Counted from the stretch's first letter, positions 1-8,843 are shown. The stretch is DNA of 41,039 nucleotides from Candidatus Wildermuthbacteria bacterium RIFCSPHIGHO2_01_FULL_49_22b (GCA_001823165.1 MHTT01000010.1:1-41039), one strand, 5' to 3'. A program made the numbers and translations. The notes: a model not told the origin generated them from the letters alone.

Positions 1-1923
1 CTCTATTTTCCCCCTCCGTGCCGACAAATCCCCAATAACATCTCCCAGAAAGTCGGGAGGTATTACCACTTCAAGCTTCATTACGGGTTCCAGCAGCACT
101 GCATGGGCCTTCTTTGCGGCTGTCTGAAAAGCCATGGATGCGGCTATCTTAAAAGCAAACTCGGAAGAGTCCACCTCGTGAAAGGAACCGTCAAATAAGG
201 TGGCTTTCAGGTCAATGACGGGGTATCCGGCCACCACCCCTTTGTCCATGGCTTCCTTCACTCCTTTTTCCACTGCCGGAATATATTCCTGGGGAATGGC
301 GCCGCCCCTAATCTCGTTGACAAACTCAAAGCCCTCGCCCCGCTCCTTTGCGGCCACGCGGAGCAACACGTGCCCGTACTGCCCCCTTCCGCCGGACTGG
401 CGCACGTATTTTTCTTCCGCTTCAGCTTGGCCTTTAATAGTCTCCTTGTAGGCAACCTGGGGACGCCCCACATTGGCTGTCACGCTAAACTCCCGCTTCA
501 TCCGGTCTACAATAATCTCTAAATGCAATTCTCCCATGCCAGAGATAATGGTTTCCCCGGTCTCCTGGTCCGAACTCACCTTAAAGGTGGGGTCCTCTTC
601 TGACAAGCGTTTCAGGGCCATGCCCATTTTTTCCTGGTCTTGCTTTGTCGCAGGTTCAATGCGGACCGAGATAACGGGTTCAGGAAAGGTGATTTGCTCC
701 AATAGAATGGGGGCGGCTTCGTCAGCTAACGTGTGTCCGGTGGAGGTGTTTTTCAGGCCCACGGTGGCAGCAATGTCCCCGGCGTACAATTCCTTCACCT
801 CTTCCCGGTTGTTGGCGTGCATTCTAAGTATGCGGGAAATCCTTTCTTTTTCTCCCGTGCTCACATTCAAAACATACGAGCCCTTTTTTAAGGTCCCTGA
901 ATACACGCGAAAATAGGTCAAGGAGCCCACGAAAGGATCAGTTGCAACCTTAAAGGCCAAGGCAGAAAAGGGCTCTGTGTCTGCCGCATGCCGCTCAATC
1001 TCTTGACCGCTCTTTGGGTCAACTCCCTTAATGGAAGGAACGTCCGCCGGGGAGGGCAAATAGTCCACCACGCCGTCCAGCATCAATTGAACCCCCTTGT
1101 TCTTTAGGGAAGAGCCCACAAACACGGGCACCAGCTTGTTTTGCAACGTTGCTCGGCGCAGCACCTTCTTTACCTCTGAAACATCCAGCTCTTCTCCTGC
1201 CACATACCGATTCATCAAGGCCTCGTCCTCCCCTGCCACCTTCTCTAAGAGTTTTTCGCGCCACTCTTTTGCCTTTTCTCGCATGTCCTCGGGGATTTCC
1301 TCTTCTGTAACGTTCTCTCCAAAATCACCATGGAATGAATACGCTTTCATGCCCAGAAGGTCTATGACCTTGGTGAACCGGTCTTCCTCTCCCACAGGAA
1401 GCTGCACTGCTAGCGCATGGGGAGTAAGTTTCTCTCCGATAGACCCAAAGCTCTTTTCAAAGGAAGCCCCCATTCTGTCTAACTTGTTGATAAAACACAC
1501 GCGGGGAACCAGGAACTTGTCTGCCTGGCGCCATACTGTTTCTGACTGGGGTTCAACTCCCGCCACTCCGTCAAATACGACCACGGCGCCGTCCAGCACG
1601 CGCAGGGAACGCTGAACTTCCACGGTAAAGTCAATGTGGCCGGGTGTGTCAATGATATTGATGCGCACCTCCTTTTCTTTGTCCTTGTCTTTTACATAGG
1701 TTGGAGTCCAAAAACATGTGGTGGCAGCGGACGTTATGGTAATGCCCCGCTCCCTCTCTTGCTCCATCCAGTCCATGATGGTTGTCCCCTCGTGCACCTC
1801 TCCTATCTTATGAGAAATTCCAGTGTAAAACAAAATACGCTCGGTCGTGGTGGTCTTGCCGGCATCTATATGTGCAATGATACCTATATCTCGGACTCGC
1901 TCTATTGGATATTTTCTCGGCAT
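1..1923 (-). CDS. fusA: Elongation factor G (partial; C-terminus runs off the left edge)
   Basis: My own minus-strand translation from the ATG at 1923-1921 gives [72 protein letters not shown], with the EF-G G1 motif AHIDAGKT. The frame stays open to position 1, so it is absent from the complete-ORF track. It follows rpsL-rpsG in str-operon order. Confidence 0.95.
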   Translation of the reverse strand, partial: MPRKYPIERVRDIGIIAHIDAGKTTTTERILFYTGISHKIGEVHEGTTIMDWMEQERERGITITSAATTCFWTPTYVKDKDKEKEVRINIIDTPGHIDFTVEVQRSLRVLDGAVVVFDGVAGVEPQSETVWRQADKFLVPRVCFINKLDRMGASFEKSFGSIGEKLTPHALAVQLPVGEEDRFTKVIDLLGMKAYSFHGDFGENVTEEEIPEDMREKAKEWREKLLEKVAGEDEALMNRYVAGEELDVSEVKKVLRRATLQNKLVPVFVGSSLKNKGVQLMLDGVVDYLPSPADVPSIKGVDPKSGQEIERHAADTEPFSALAFKVATDPFVGSLTYFRVYSGTLKKGSYVLNVSTGEKERISRILRMHANNREEVKELYAGDIAATVGLKNTSTGHTLADEAAPILLEQITFPEPVISVRIEPATKQDQEKMGMALKRLSEEDPTFKVSSDQETGETIISGMGELHLEIIVDRMKREFSVTANVGRPQVAYKETIKGQAEAEEKYVRQSGGRGQYGHVLLRVAAKERGEGFEFVNEIRGGAIPQEYIPAVEKGVKEAMDKGVVAGYPVIDLKATLFDGSFHEVDSSEFAFKIAASMAFQTAAKKAHAVLLEPVMKLEVVIPPDFLGDVIGDLSARRGKIE

Positions 1924-1973
1924 GCTCCTGCAAATTACGAATGTGTACGAATATACAAATAAGTTGAAAGCGA

Positions 1974-2104
1974 GGAATGCCGCTCTCCGGGAAGCTCTCG
2001 GAGGCGTTTTGGCATGGTTCTGCCAAAGGCGGACAAAACGCCGAGAGCGCAGACCCCAAAATCTCGCTGGGATTTTGAGGGTCGGTTCCCGGGAGCGGCA
2101 TTCC
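1974..2104 (-). promoter_or_regulatory. Nested inverted-repeat (multi-stem) element in the rpsG-fusA spacer
   Basis: The outer arms ggaatgccgctctccgggaa (1974-1993) and ttcccgggagcggcattcc (2086-2104) pair with one bulge. They enclose an inner stem (1994-2011 with 2034-2048) and a hairpin ccccaaaatc...gattttgagg (2054-2080). Confidence 0.5.
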
Positions 2105-2110
2105 GAGTGG

Positions 2111-2578
2111 TCACCACGCAAAATGAGCGAACGCCCTGTTGGCTTCCGCCATTCTGTGCGTGTCTTCTTTTTTCTTGAAGGCGGCTCCTTCCCGATTATA
2201 GGCGGCTAGTAACTCTTCGGCCAATTTCTCTGCCATGGGCTTTCCCTTCTTGTTTCTCGCAGCTCCAATAATCCAGCGCGCGGCCAAAGATTCTTTGCGA
2301 TGCTCTTTAACCTGAATCGGGACCTGGTAGGTTGCTCCTCCCACGCGCTTTGAGCGTACCTCTACCATGGGAGCTACATTTTCCAAAGCGCGCTCAAACA
2401 CCTCCAACGGCTCTTTTTTGGTCTTCTCTTTGATGGTCTCCAGCGCCTTGTACACGATCTTCCTTGCGGCCGCCTTTTTCCCCTTAACCATGAGGTGGTT
2501 CACAAACTTTGCAACCTGAACGTTGCCGTACCTCATGTCGGGATTAAGAACTCTTTTTTGAAACTTGTATCGCGGCAT
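2111..2578 (-). CDS. rpsG: 30S ribosomal protein S7
   Basis: The internal ATG at 2578 of ORF 2111..2743 gives [43 protein letters not shown]...[14 protein letters not shown], a typical S7 at 155 aa. It starts 1 nt after the rpsL stop. Confidence 0.95.
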   Translation of the reverse strand: MPRYKFQKRVLNPDMRYGNVQVAKFVNHLMVKGKKAAARKIVYKALETIKEKTKKEPLEVFERALENVAPMVEVRSKRVGGATYQVPIQVKEHRKESLAARWIIGAARNKKGKPMAEKLAEELLAAYNREGAAFKKKEDTHRMAEANRAFAHFAW

Positions 2579-2579
2579 A

Positions 2580-2990
2580 CTATGTTGCTCGCTTGGTTCC
2601 GTACTTGCTTCTCTTCTGCTTTCTTCCTTCAACCCCTCCAGCGTCAAGAACCCCCCTGACGATATGATAGCGCACTCCGGGAAGGTCCTTGACCCTCCCC
2701 CCTCGCAGCAGAACCACGGAGTGCTCCTGGAGGTTGTGTCCAACGCCGGGAATGTAGGCGGTCACTTCCATGCCGTTGGAAAGGCGCACCCGGGCAACCT
2801 TTCTCAATGCGGAATTTGGCTTTTTGGGGGTAGTGGTAAAAACCCTCAAGCACACCCCGCGCTTGTGCGGGGCTGCATATTCCACTGGCTGGTTCTTCTT
2901 TGTATTAAAACCGAACGTCAGGGCAGGCGTCTTGTCCTTTTTCTTTCCCTTCTTTCTTGGGTTTTTCAACAGTTGGCGAATCGTTGGCAT
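2580..2990 (-). CDS. rpsL: 30S ribosomal protein S12
   Basis: [13 protein letters not shown]...[59 protein letters not shown] carries the canonical S12 core. Confidence 0.97.
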   Translation of the reverse strand: MPTIRQLLKNPRKKGKKKDKTPALTFGFNTKKNQPVEYAAPHKRGVCLRVFTTTPKKPNSALRKVARVRLSNGMEVTAYIPGVGHNLQEHSVVLLRGGRVKDLPGVRYHIVRGVLDAGGVEGRKQKRSKYGTKRAT

Positions 2991-3031
2991 ATCAAGAAAA
3001 GATGTAGCAAAAAATCCTCAAGGTGTCAACC

Positions 3032-3655
3032 TCAAAAAAATGGGGAGCCCACGATGAGGCGGAAAAGGAAGTCCACGATGGACGACACAAAGGAGAAGAA
3101 AAAGAAAATGATGAACAGCAAGACGAAGATGCCATACTGGGAAAGAAAAATCTTGAGGGAATCAAGCGAGCGAGGCAGGAAAGTAAACAGGGTGTGCGAG
3201 CCGTCCAAAGGAGGAATGGGTAGCAGGTTGAACACGGCAAGAAGGATATTCAAAAAAACAATGTAAGAGAAGATGGGGGCCAGGGCGTCATTCAGCTCAG
3301 CTACGGGGAGAAACCGCAGAGCCAAGCCAAAGGTAAAAGCCAAAGCAAGGTTGGAAAGGGGGCCGGCCAAACTCACCAGGGCCGAGGCGTGCCTGCCCCG
3401 CAGGTTCATGGGATTGACGGGAACCGGCTTTGCCCAACCAAAGATAATTCCCCCGCCTGTAAGCTGGGACATGAAAATCAAGAAGCCAGGCAGCAAGATG
3501 GAGCCAATGGGGTCCAAATGAGGAATGGGGTTAAGCGTGAGTCGCCCTGCGTTTTTTGCCGTGGGGTCTCCTAAAGCATTGGCGACAATGCCGTGAAATA
3601 CTTCGTGCAAAACTACGGAGAAGATAAGGATTACAATCAAAAATAAAAATTCCAT
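3032..3655 (-). CDS. Site-2 protease (peptidase M50) family membrane metalloprotease
   Basis: It has an HExxH motif (LHEVFHGIVA), then GRLTLNPIPHLDPIGS, and several hydrophobic segments. I prefer the ATG at 3655 (MEFLFLIV...) over the TTG at 3691 used by the ORF track. Confidence 0.8.
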   Translation of the reverse strand: MEFLFLIVILIFSVVLHEVFHGIVANALGDPTAKNAGRLTLNPIPHLDPIGSILLPGFLIFMSQLTGGGIIFGWAKPVPVNPMNLRGRHASALVSLAGPLSNLALAFTFGLALRFLPVAELNDALAPIFSYIVFLNILLAVFNLLPIPPLDGSHTLFTFLPRSLDSLKIFLSQYGIFVLLFIIFFFFSFVSSIVDFLFRLIVGSPFF

Positions 3656-3710
3656 ACATGTTAGCTTACCATAAATAATGCCAAATGACAAAGCTCAAAT
3701 GCAAAAACGT

Positions 3711-3758
3711 TTTGACATTAAGTTATTTGACATTAGTTTGACATTTGGATTTTGACAT
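3711..3758 (+). repeat. Four tandem TTTGACAT boxes in a divergent promoter region
   Basis: tttgacat occurs at 3711, 3726, 3737 and 3751, between the M50 protease gene (-) and rpmB (+). Confidence 0.85.
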
Positions 3759-3780
3759 TTGAAATTCAAAATGGTACATT
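3752..3780 (+). promoter_or_regulatory. Putative sigma70-type promoter of rpmB (near-leaderless transcript)
   Basis: TTGACA (3752-3757), a 17-nt spacer, then TACATT (3775-3780). The rpmB ATG at 3789 lies only 8 nt past the -10 box, and no SD is present. Confidence 0.45.
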
Positions 3781-3788
3781 TTAACCAT

Positions 3789-3974
3789 ATGGCACAGATA
3801 TGCGAGAAATGCGGCAAAGGCAGGAATGTGGCCTGGCGCTTGGTAAAGCTCCGCGGAAAATACAACCCTACGGTAAAAAGAATCCAGAAACCCAACCTTC
3901 AGTGGGCCAAGCTGGCTTCAGGAGAACGCGTGAAACTCTGCGCCAAATGCAAGAAGGCATTGGCTAAAAGCTAG
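3789..3974 (+). CDS. rpmB: 50S ribosomal protein L28
   Basis: MAQICEKCGKGRNVAWRLVKLRGKYNPTVKRIQKPNLQW... is an L28-like N-terminus and length (61 aa). The ORF-track start at 3759 is a TTG that adds 10 atypical residues. Confidence 0.8.
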   Translation: MAQICEKCGKGRNVAWRLVKLRGKYNPTVKRIQKPNLQWAKLASGERVKLCAKCKKALAKS

Positions 3975-4000
3975 TTTTCCTTGACCGAGTCAAGGACGAA

Positions 4001-4074
4001 CGGGCCATCGTATAACGGCAGTACGCATCCTTGGGGTGGATGCAACGGAGGTTCAATTCCTCCTGGCCCGACCA
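4001..4074 (+). tRNA. tRNA-Pro (anticodon GGG), CCA encoded
   Basis: Hand-folded cloverleaf. Acceptor CGGGCCA/TGGCCCG, D arm GTAT-AACGGCA-GTAC, anticodon stem CATCC/GGATG with loop TTGGGGT (GGG, G37), T arm GGAGG-TTCAATT-CCTCC, discriminator A plus CCA. Length 74 nt. Confidence 0.9.
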
Positions 4075-4223
4075 GAAGAAATGTAACGGATTTTGCTTTG
4101 AATAAATCCATTCTTACAATGGTAATTGCTCAACACTTACTGGTTTTTGCTTTGGGACGACCTTTCCTCAAAGATTCGTTCCGGAATTAAAATACCCAGA
4201 CTTTCATTGCAGAAATATAAAAA

Positions 4224-6431
4224 ATGACGATGCGGAAAAAAACCATAAAAGATTCCGATTATTGGCTGAAGACCATAAACGCTATTTCAACTTCTTTCAA
4301 TCTCGCCTCGCGTGATATTGATATCATTCTTAGGGCCTTGGCAAAAAAACTGGTCAAGGAATTAGGCGCTTCCGCACTGGCAATCTGGACCGTAGAAGAA
4401 AAAACTCATTTCATGAGAATAGAAGAGTCGGTGAATCTAAGCAAAGAATATATCAGGTACTTTAATCAAACCGACCGCATAAAAGTAGGGCAGAGCTTGG
4501 TAGGAAAAGTCATGTCCGGCAGAAAAACGCTTTACGCTCTAGATGTAAAAAGCGAGAAGGTCATTACCATTGCCCGCTGGCGCGATATGATTATGAACGA
4601 AGGATTTAAATCAACTATTTCCGTGCCTATGTTTGTGGGTAAAAAAATCGTTGGAGCGTTCAGCGTTTATTACAAAACCAAGGTAGATTCTATTGATACC
4701 TATCAAGTCCAATTCATAGAAATCATTGCAAACCAAATTGCTATAACTATTGAAAACATAAAGGCGTACGGAACTATTGAACAATACGGCAGCAACCTGC
4801 TTGGCCAGGTAGAGAAACTGCTGTATCTTCAGAAAGTTACGGAGTCATTCAGCCTGGATTTTTATAAATCAATGGGGAAATCATTAGAATCCTACGCTGA
4901 TTATATTATAAAACGATTTAATGCCAGCGGGATAAGCGTCTTCCGCTTGGAAAAAGATAGCAACATACTAAAATTAATCGCTTCCTACGGATTATCAAAA
5001 AAGCACAAAACCTACCTTGAAAAACATTCTGCGTCTTTAGAATCAGGCACGCTGGTAGGATTGGCTTTCAAGCAGAAAAAGATAGAAACGTCATCTAAGG
5101 TATTTGTTGATGAACGCATTGATAAACCATGGAGAACGCTTCTGTCTATTGAGGGAAAATCAGCTATGGCCGCCTTTCCCTTGGTTGTACAAGACGAAAA
5201 AATCGGCGCTATTATTGTATATTATAAAAAACCGCATATTTTTTCCAAAGAAGAAATCGGAACTCTTTCCCTGCTTGCTCAATATATGGGGATATCCCTC
5301 TTGAATATAAGGGTTTTTGACTCTTTAAGGTTAGAACAGCAAAAAATGGTTTCCATGATCAATAGTTTACATGAAGGACTTATCTTCTACGACCTCAAAG
5401 GAAAAATAACTGCTTTTAATCTTCGTTCCGAAGAACTCCTGTGGCTTAACGGCAAAGAAATAATCGGAAAATACATCAGCCAAAAGACAAGAAAAGAAAG
5501 TGTGTATTGGGAGAACCTTTATAACATAAAAAACCTGGTTCAACGGGAGTTTGGAATCAAAGAATATACGACCAAAGGACCGCATAAGGTAATCCTGGAA
5601 ATCACGTACGTGCCGGTACGCGATGGGTATAAAAAAATTGGAGCAATGCATGTTTTGCGCGATATCACAAGAGAAAAAGAAATAGAGCTGTTAAAATCCA
5701 AATTTATTTCAACTGCGTCGCACCAGATGAGAACGCCTCTCTCTGGCATGAAATGGGCTATTGATATATTACGGAAAGGAGATGCGGGGGATTTGAATAC
5801 AGAACAAAAAGAATTAACTGATAAGTTATTCTTGACCACCGACAACCTGATCCGGTTAATAAATGATATGCTTGATGTTACCAGAATTGAAGAAGGGAAA
5901 ACTGGATATAATTTTGTTTTAGGCGATTTGGAGAAATTAGTGGAAAAGGTGATTGATGATTTGAATATGAACATCAGGAAAAAAGAAATCGCGCTGACAT
6001 TTAAAAAACAAAAGCAACCTCTTCCTAAAATTGCGTTTGATTCCGATAAATTAGATATTGCCGTTAAAAATGTGATTGATAATGCTATCAAATACACAAG
6101 GCCAAATGGAAATGTTGCTATTGAACTTCAAGCTGGAAAGAATTCATTGCTTCTGACAATAAAAGACGATGGTATAGGAATACCAAAAAAGGACCAGAAG
6201 TTTATTTTCGTAAAATTCTTCAGGGCGGAAAATGCTATTAAATTCCAAACAGAGGGATCTGGACTGGGTTTATACATTGCCAAAAGTATCATGGACAAGC
6301 ATAATAGCATCATTACTTTTGAATCAGAAGAAAATAAGGGAGCAATCTTTACTTTGCAATTTCCCATAGATCCGAAAAAAATGCTGAAATTCGCCAAAAA
6401 CACAGAGGATTCCGTCAATGAGGCAACATGA
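4224..6431 (+). CDS. Soluble sensor histidine kinase (GAF-GAF-PAS-HisKA-HATPase_c), no TM segment
   Basis: H-box FISTASHQMRTPLSGMKWAIDIL, N-box DNAIKYT, G1 DDGIGIP, F-box FVKFFRA and G2 GSGLGLYIAKS. The N-terminal two-thirds looks like two GAF modules plus a PAS (MINSLHEGLIFYDLKGKITAFN). There is no hydrophobic N-terminus. Confidence 0.9.
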   Translation: MTMRKKTIKDSDYWLKTINAISTSFNLASRDIDIILRALAKKLVKELGASALAIWTVEEKTHFMRIEESVNLSKEYIRYFNQTDRIKVGQSLVGKVMSGRKTLYALDVKSEKVITIARWRDMIMNEGFKSTISVPMFVGKKIVGAFSVYYKTKVDSIDTYQVQFIEIIANQIAITIENIKAYGTIEQYGSNLLGQVEKLLYLQKVTESFSLDFYKSMGKSLESYADYIIKRFNASGISVFRLEKDSNILKLIASYGLSKKHKTYLEKHSASLESGTLVGLAFKQKKIETSSKVFVDERIDKPWRTLLSIEGKSAMAAFPLVVQDEKIGAIIVYYKKPHIFSKEEIGTLSLLAQYMGISLLNIRVFDSLRLEQQKMVSMINSLHEGLIFYDLKGKITAFNLRSEELLWLNGKEIIGKYISQKTRKESVYWENLYNIKNLVQREFGIKEYTTKGPHKVILEITYVPVRDGYKKIGAMHVLRDITREKEIELLKSKFISTASHQMRTPLSGMKWAIDILRKGDAGDLNTEQKELTDKLFLTTDNLIRLINDMLDVTRIEEGKTGYNFVLGDLEKLVEKVIDDLNMNIRKKEIALTFKKQKQPLPKIAFDSDKLDIAVKNVIDNAIKYTRPNGNVAIELQAGKNSLLLTIKDDGIGIPKKDQKFIFVKFFRAENAIKFQTEGSGLGLYIAKSIMDKHNSIITFESEENKGAIFTLQFPIDPKKMLKFAKNTEDSVNEAT

Positions 6432-7618
6432 TGACTGATAAGACAAAAAAAATAATAAAATTAGGATTTGTTTCTGGATTATCAGGAGTTCTTGAACGGC
6501 TGGCAAACAATCAATTAAAAGGATTGAAACTGGCGGTTGATGAAATGAATCAACGGGACGGCATCCTTGGAAGGCAGATAAAAATTATCGTCAAAGACGA
6601 TAAAAGCGATCCTCGACTCACGACAAAATTGTATCAAGAATCAATCTACCAAGATAAAGTGGATTTCTTTGTCGGGCAATTATCCGCGGGAACGCAGTTA
6701 GCGGCAAACAAAGAAACAAAAAAGGCAAAGAAAATTCTGATAAGTCTTGGCAACACAAACGAATTGACAATGGCTCGGTATTTTAGCCCGTATACGTTTC
6801 ATCAGGCAATTACCTTATATATGATAGCCCAGTCAATAAGCAAATGGACGTACCAGAATTTAGGCAGGAAATGGTTCATTGTAGCGGCTGATTATGAGTG
6901 GGGTTGGCACATCATAGAGGGTTATAAGGCATTTGCGAAAAGAATGAACGCAAAAATTGTCGGCATTGCAAAAGTGCCGTTTCCAGCCAGTAAGGACGAT
7001 GACTATACAAAACACTTTCCAGAAATTCTCAAGAAAAAACCAGAGGTGCTGATTGGCGGTATGAACGGAAGTGACCAGCTTAAATTTATCAGAGAAGTAA
7101 GCAAAGCTGGCTTGAAAAGAAAGATGAGCATTATGAATTCACTTTCCGAGCTGGGCATCATTGAACAACTTGATCCGGAAGATGCTGTTGGCATGTATTG
7201 GGGAGCCAGTTTCTACTGGAAATTACAGGATATACTGCCAATTGCAAAAAAGTTCGTTTCTCGCTATAGCGAGAAATTTAAAGAAGTGCCTTCTGCGTAT
7301 TCTGCTTATGGTTACAGCGGAGCCATGGAGGCACTCAACGTAATAGATAAAGTCGGAAAATATCCAGTTGATTCAAACAAAGTAGCTCAAGGGCTTGAGG
7401 GCCGGATATTCGCCCACTATAAACATCCTGAATGGTGGCGCCCGTGCGACCATCAGGCATTTCAGGATTTTTATATCCTCAAATTAAAAGGGCCTGAAGA
7501 ACGCAAATACAAAGATGACAGTTCAGAAATTATTGGAACAGCGTCATGGGATCTTGACATTGAAAGAACATGCAAAAATCTTGGCCATGCAAGGAATATG
7601 TGGGGGCATTTTGCCTGA
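6428..7618 (+). CDS. Type-1 periplasmic-binding-protein fold (LivJ/AmiC-like) ligand-binding protein without a signal peptide
   Basis: KIIKLGFVSGLSGVLERLANNQLKGLKLAVDEMNQRDGILGRQIKIIVKDDKSDP...VDFFVGQLSAGT follows the Leu/Ile/Val-binding/AmiC pattern. There is no N-terminal hydrophobic or lipobox segment. Its ATG overlaps the kinase stop (ATGA). Confidence 0.8.
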   Translation: MMTDKTKKIIKLGFVSGLSGVLERLANNQLKGLKLAVDEMNQRDGILGRQIKIIVKDDKSDPRLTTKLYQESIYQDKVDFFVGQLSAGTQLAANKETKKAKKILISLGNTNELTMARYFSPYTFHQAITLYMIAQSISKWTYQNLGRKWFIVAADYEWGWHIIEGYKAFAKRMNAKIVGIAKVPFPASKDDDYTKHFPEILKKKPEVLIGGMNGSDQLKFIREVSKAGLKRKMSIMNSLSELGIIEQLDPEDAVGMYWGASFYWKLQDILPIAKKFVSRYSEKFKEVPSAYSAYGYSGAMEALNVIDKVGKYPVDSNKVAQGLEGRIFAHYKHPEWWRPCDHQAFQDFYILKLKGPEERKYKDDSSEIIGTASWDLDIERTCKNLGHARNMWGHFA

Positions 7619-7643
7619 CTTTTTGCTTATCTTCAATTGCGGC

Positions 7644-7940
7644 ATGAAACTCATTATTTCCCTGGGCAACGACACCCTTTCCTCCAAAATGAGGTGTCTT
7701 GGATATGCTCCGGAAGGCCGGGGTGAGAGAACCGGCGAATTCAAGTTCTGGAGGTCTGTGAGCGGAAGGCGTTTCCCCCGCTTTCATGTGTACGCGAGCC
7801 AGCAAGAAAAAGACAGGGCGCTCCTCAACCTTCACCTTGATCAAAAAGCGCCCGTGTATCGGGGCGTCTCTGCTCACAGCGGAGAATACGAAGGGCAGCT
7901 TGTAGAACGGGAGGTTCAACGCATCCTAGGTTCGCTCTAG
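7644..7940 (+). CDS. Hypothetical small protein
   Basis: This is the internal ATG of ORF 7515..7940. The C-terminal part (FPRFHVYASQQEKDRALLNLHLDQKAPVYRGVSAHSGEYEGQLVEREVQRI) has protein-like composition. It is followed by a strong terminator. The start codon is uncertain. Confidence 0.4.
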   Translation: MKLIISLGNDTLSSKMRCLGYAPEGRGERTGEFKFWRSVSGRRFPRFHVYASQQEKDRALLNLHLDQKAPVYRGVSAHSGEYEGQLVEREVQRILGSL

Positions 7941-7970
7941 CCATCTCTGCACGTTTACCAAACAAATGCT

Positions 7971-8012
7971 CAGGGCGCAAAAAACACCCTAAAGGGTGCC
8001 TTTTGCGCCCTG
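7971..8012. terminator. Bidirectional stem-loop between convergent genes
   Basis: cagggcgcaaaa (7971-7982) and ttttgcgccctg (8001-8012) form a perfect 12-bp stem, extended internally by caccct/agggtg, with A/T runs on both sides. Confidence 0.8.
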
Positions 8013-8183
8013 TCCTCTCATAAATATTTCCGACAAGAATTCAGGTGGGTGCCCAAGGCCGGGCCCGAGGGCCTAGCTCATTTCAGGCTCCCTAAAAAAG
8101 ATATAGCGGAAAATTTACAGAAAGAACGGGGCTTTCTCTATCATACCACAAGGTCAAGAGGCCTCGTCAAATTGTGCCGCGGC

Positions 8184-8747
8184 TCATCTCATCGGCACAT
8201 CCATTCTGCGCTCCTTGTCAAAGATGGTCTTTTGCTGCTCTGCGGGGACCTTCAAGGTGTTTAAGATGAAACTCCGTATCAACCCGGTTGCTATTCCAAA
8301 ACCGGTTCCTATGACCAAAAGAATCCAAAAATTAACAATCATGGGTACGGTCATCTCTGTTCCCGCAAATCCTCCAAAGAGATATGCAAAAAACCCGGCA
8401 AAGCTGTAAAAGTACGCGGGAGCCAATTCAAACCAATCGGTAAGCTCAAGCATCACAATGAGGAAAGCGGCGCAGAACACAAGCAAAGGCAAGGCCCAGG
8501 TTCCTCCCACCGCCGAGGTGACAGCCGGCAGTAAGGCGACAAGAACCGCTGCAACCACCGTTCCTCCGGTAAGGCCAATAATTTCCTTGGGCACCCTGCT
8601 AAACTTTCCAGCACCAGCCCCAAAGAATAATGCCCAGCTGAGAAACGGCACCCAAAGAACCAATCCGTATGCAGAACCAACCACAACCCAGATTGCCGCC
8701 AAAACTCCCACGGCAGCCGCTACTGGCAAAAACTTAGAAACAGACAT
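8184..8747 (-). CDS. Integral membrane protein (about 5-6 TM; possibly DUF1097-like)
   Basis: Highly hydrophobic and Gly/Ala-rich helices (VAAAVGVLAAIWVVVGSAYGLVLWVPFLSWALFFGAGAG...). The family assignment is tentative. Confidence 0.6.
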   Translation of the reverse strand: MSVSKFLPVAAAVGVLAAIWVVVGSAYGLVLWVPFLSWALFFGAGAGKFSRVPKEIIGLTGGTVVAAVLVALLPAVTSAVGGTWALPLLVFCAAFLIVMLELTDWFELAPAYFYSFAGFFAYLFGGFAGTEMTVPMIVNFWILLVIGTGFGIATGLIRSFILNTLKVPAEQQKTIFDKERRMDVPMR

Positions 8748-8843
8748 ATAATGAATGAGTGAAAAAAATTATATACGACCTTTCTCTTGTATTAAGATAG
8801 TATACCGCATCCCTAGAGTTCCGAGAAACCATTTATCCACAGC

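Noticed and set aside
200-1962. Several 80-170-aa plus-strand ORFs at the left edge
   Set aside because: All are antisense to the open EF-G reading frame, which I translated directly. The true gene is missing from the track only because its stop lies off-window.
2565-3266. 233-aa plus-strand ORF across rpsL and the M50 protease
   Set aside because: It is antisense to S12 (unambiguous) and to the M50 protease. It contains Lys-rich, low-complexity runs.
4075-7640. Classical integrative genomic island at tRNA-Pro
   Set aside because: There is no integrase, recombinase or transposase gene, and I found no duplicated tRNA 3' segment. Only a 9-nt AT-rich direct repeat and a compositional shift support it, so I report it as an AT-rich block of possible foreign origin, not as a defined mobile element.
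7530-7919. 129-aa minus-strand ORF overlapping the PBP gene's 3' end
   Set aside because: It overlaps the well-supported PBP-fold gene and the more protein-like plus-strand frame, and no motif was recognised.
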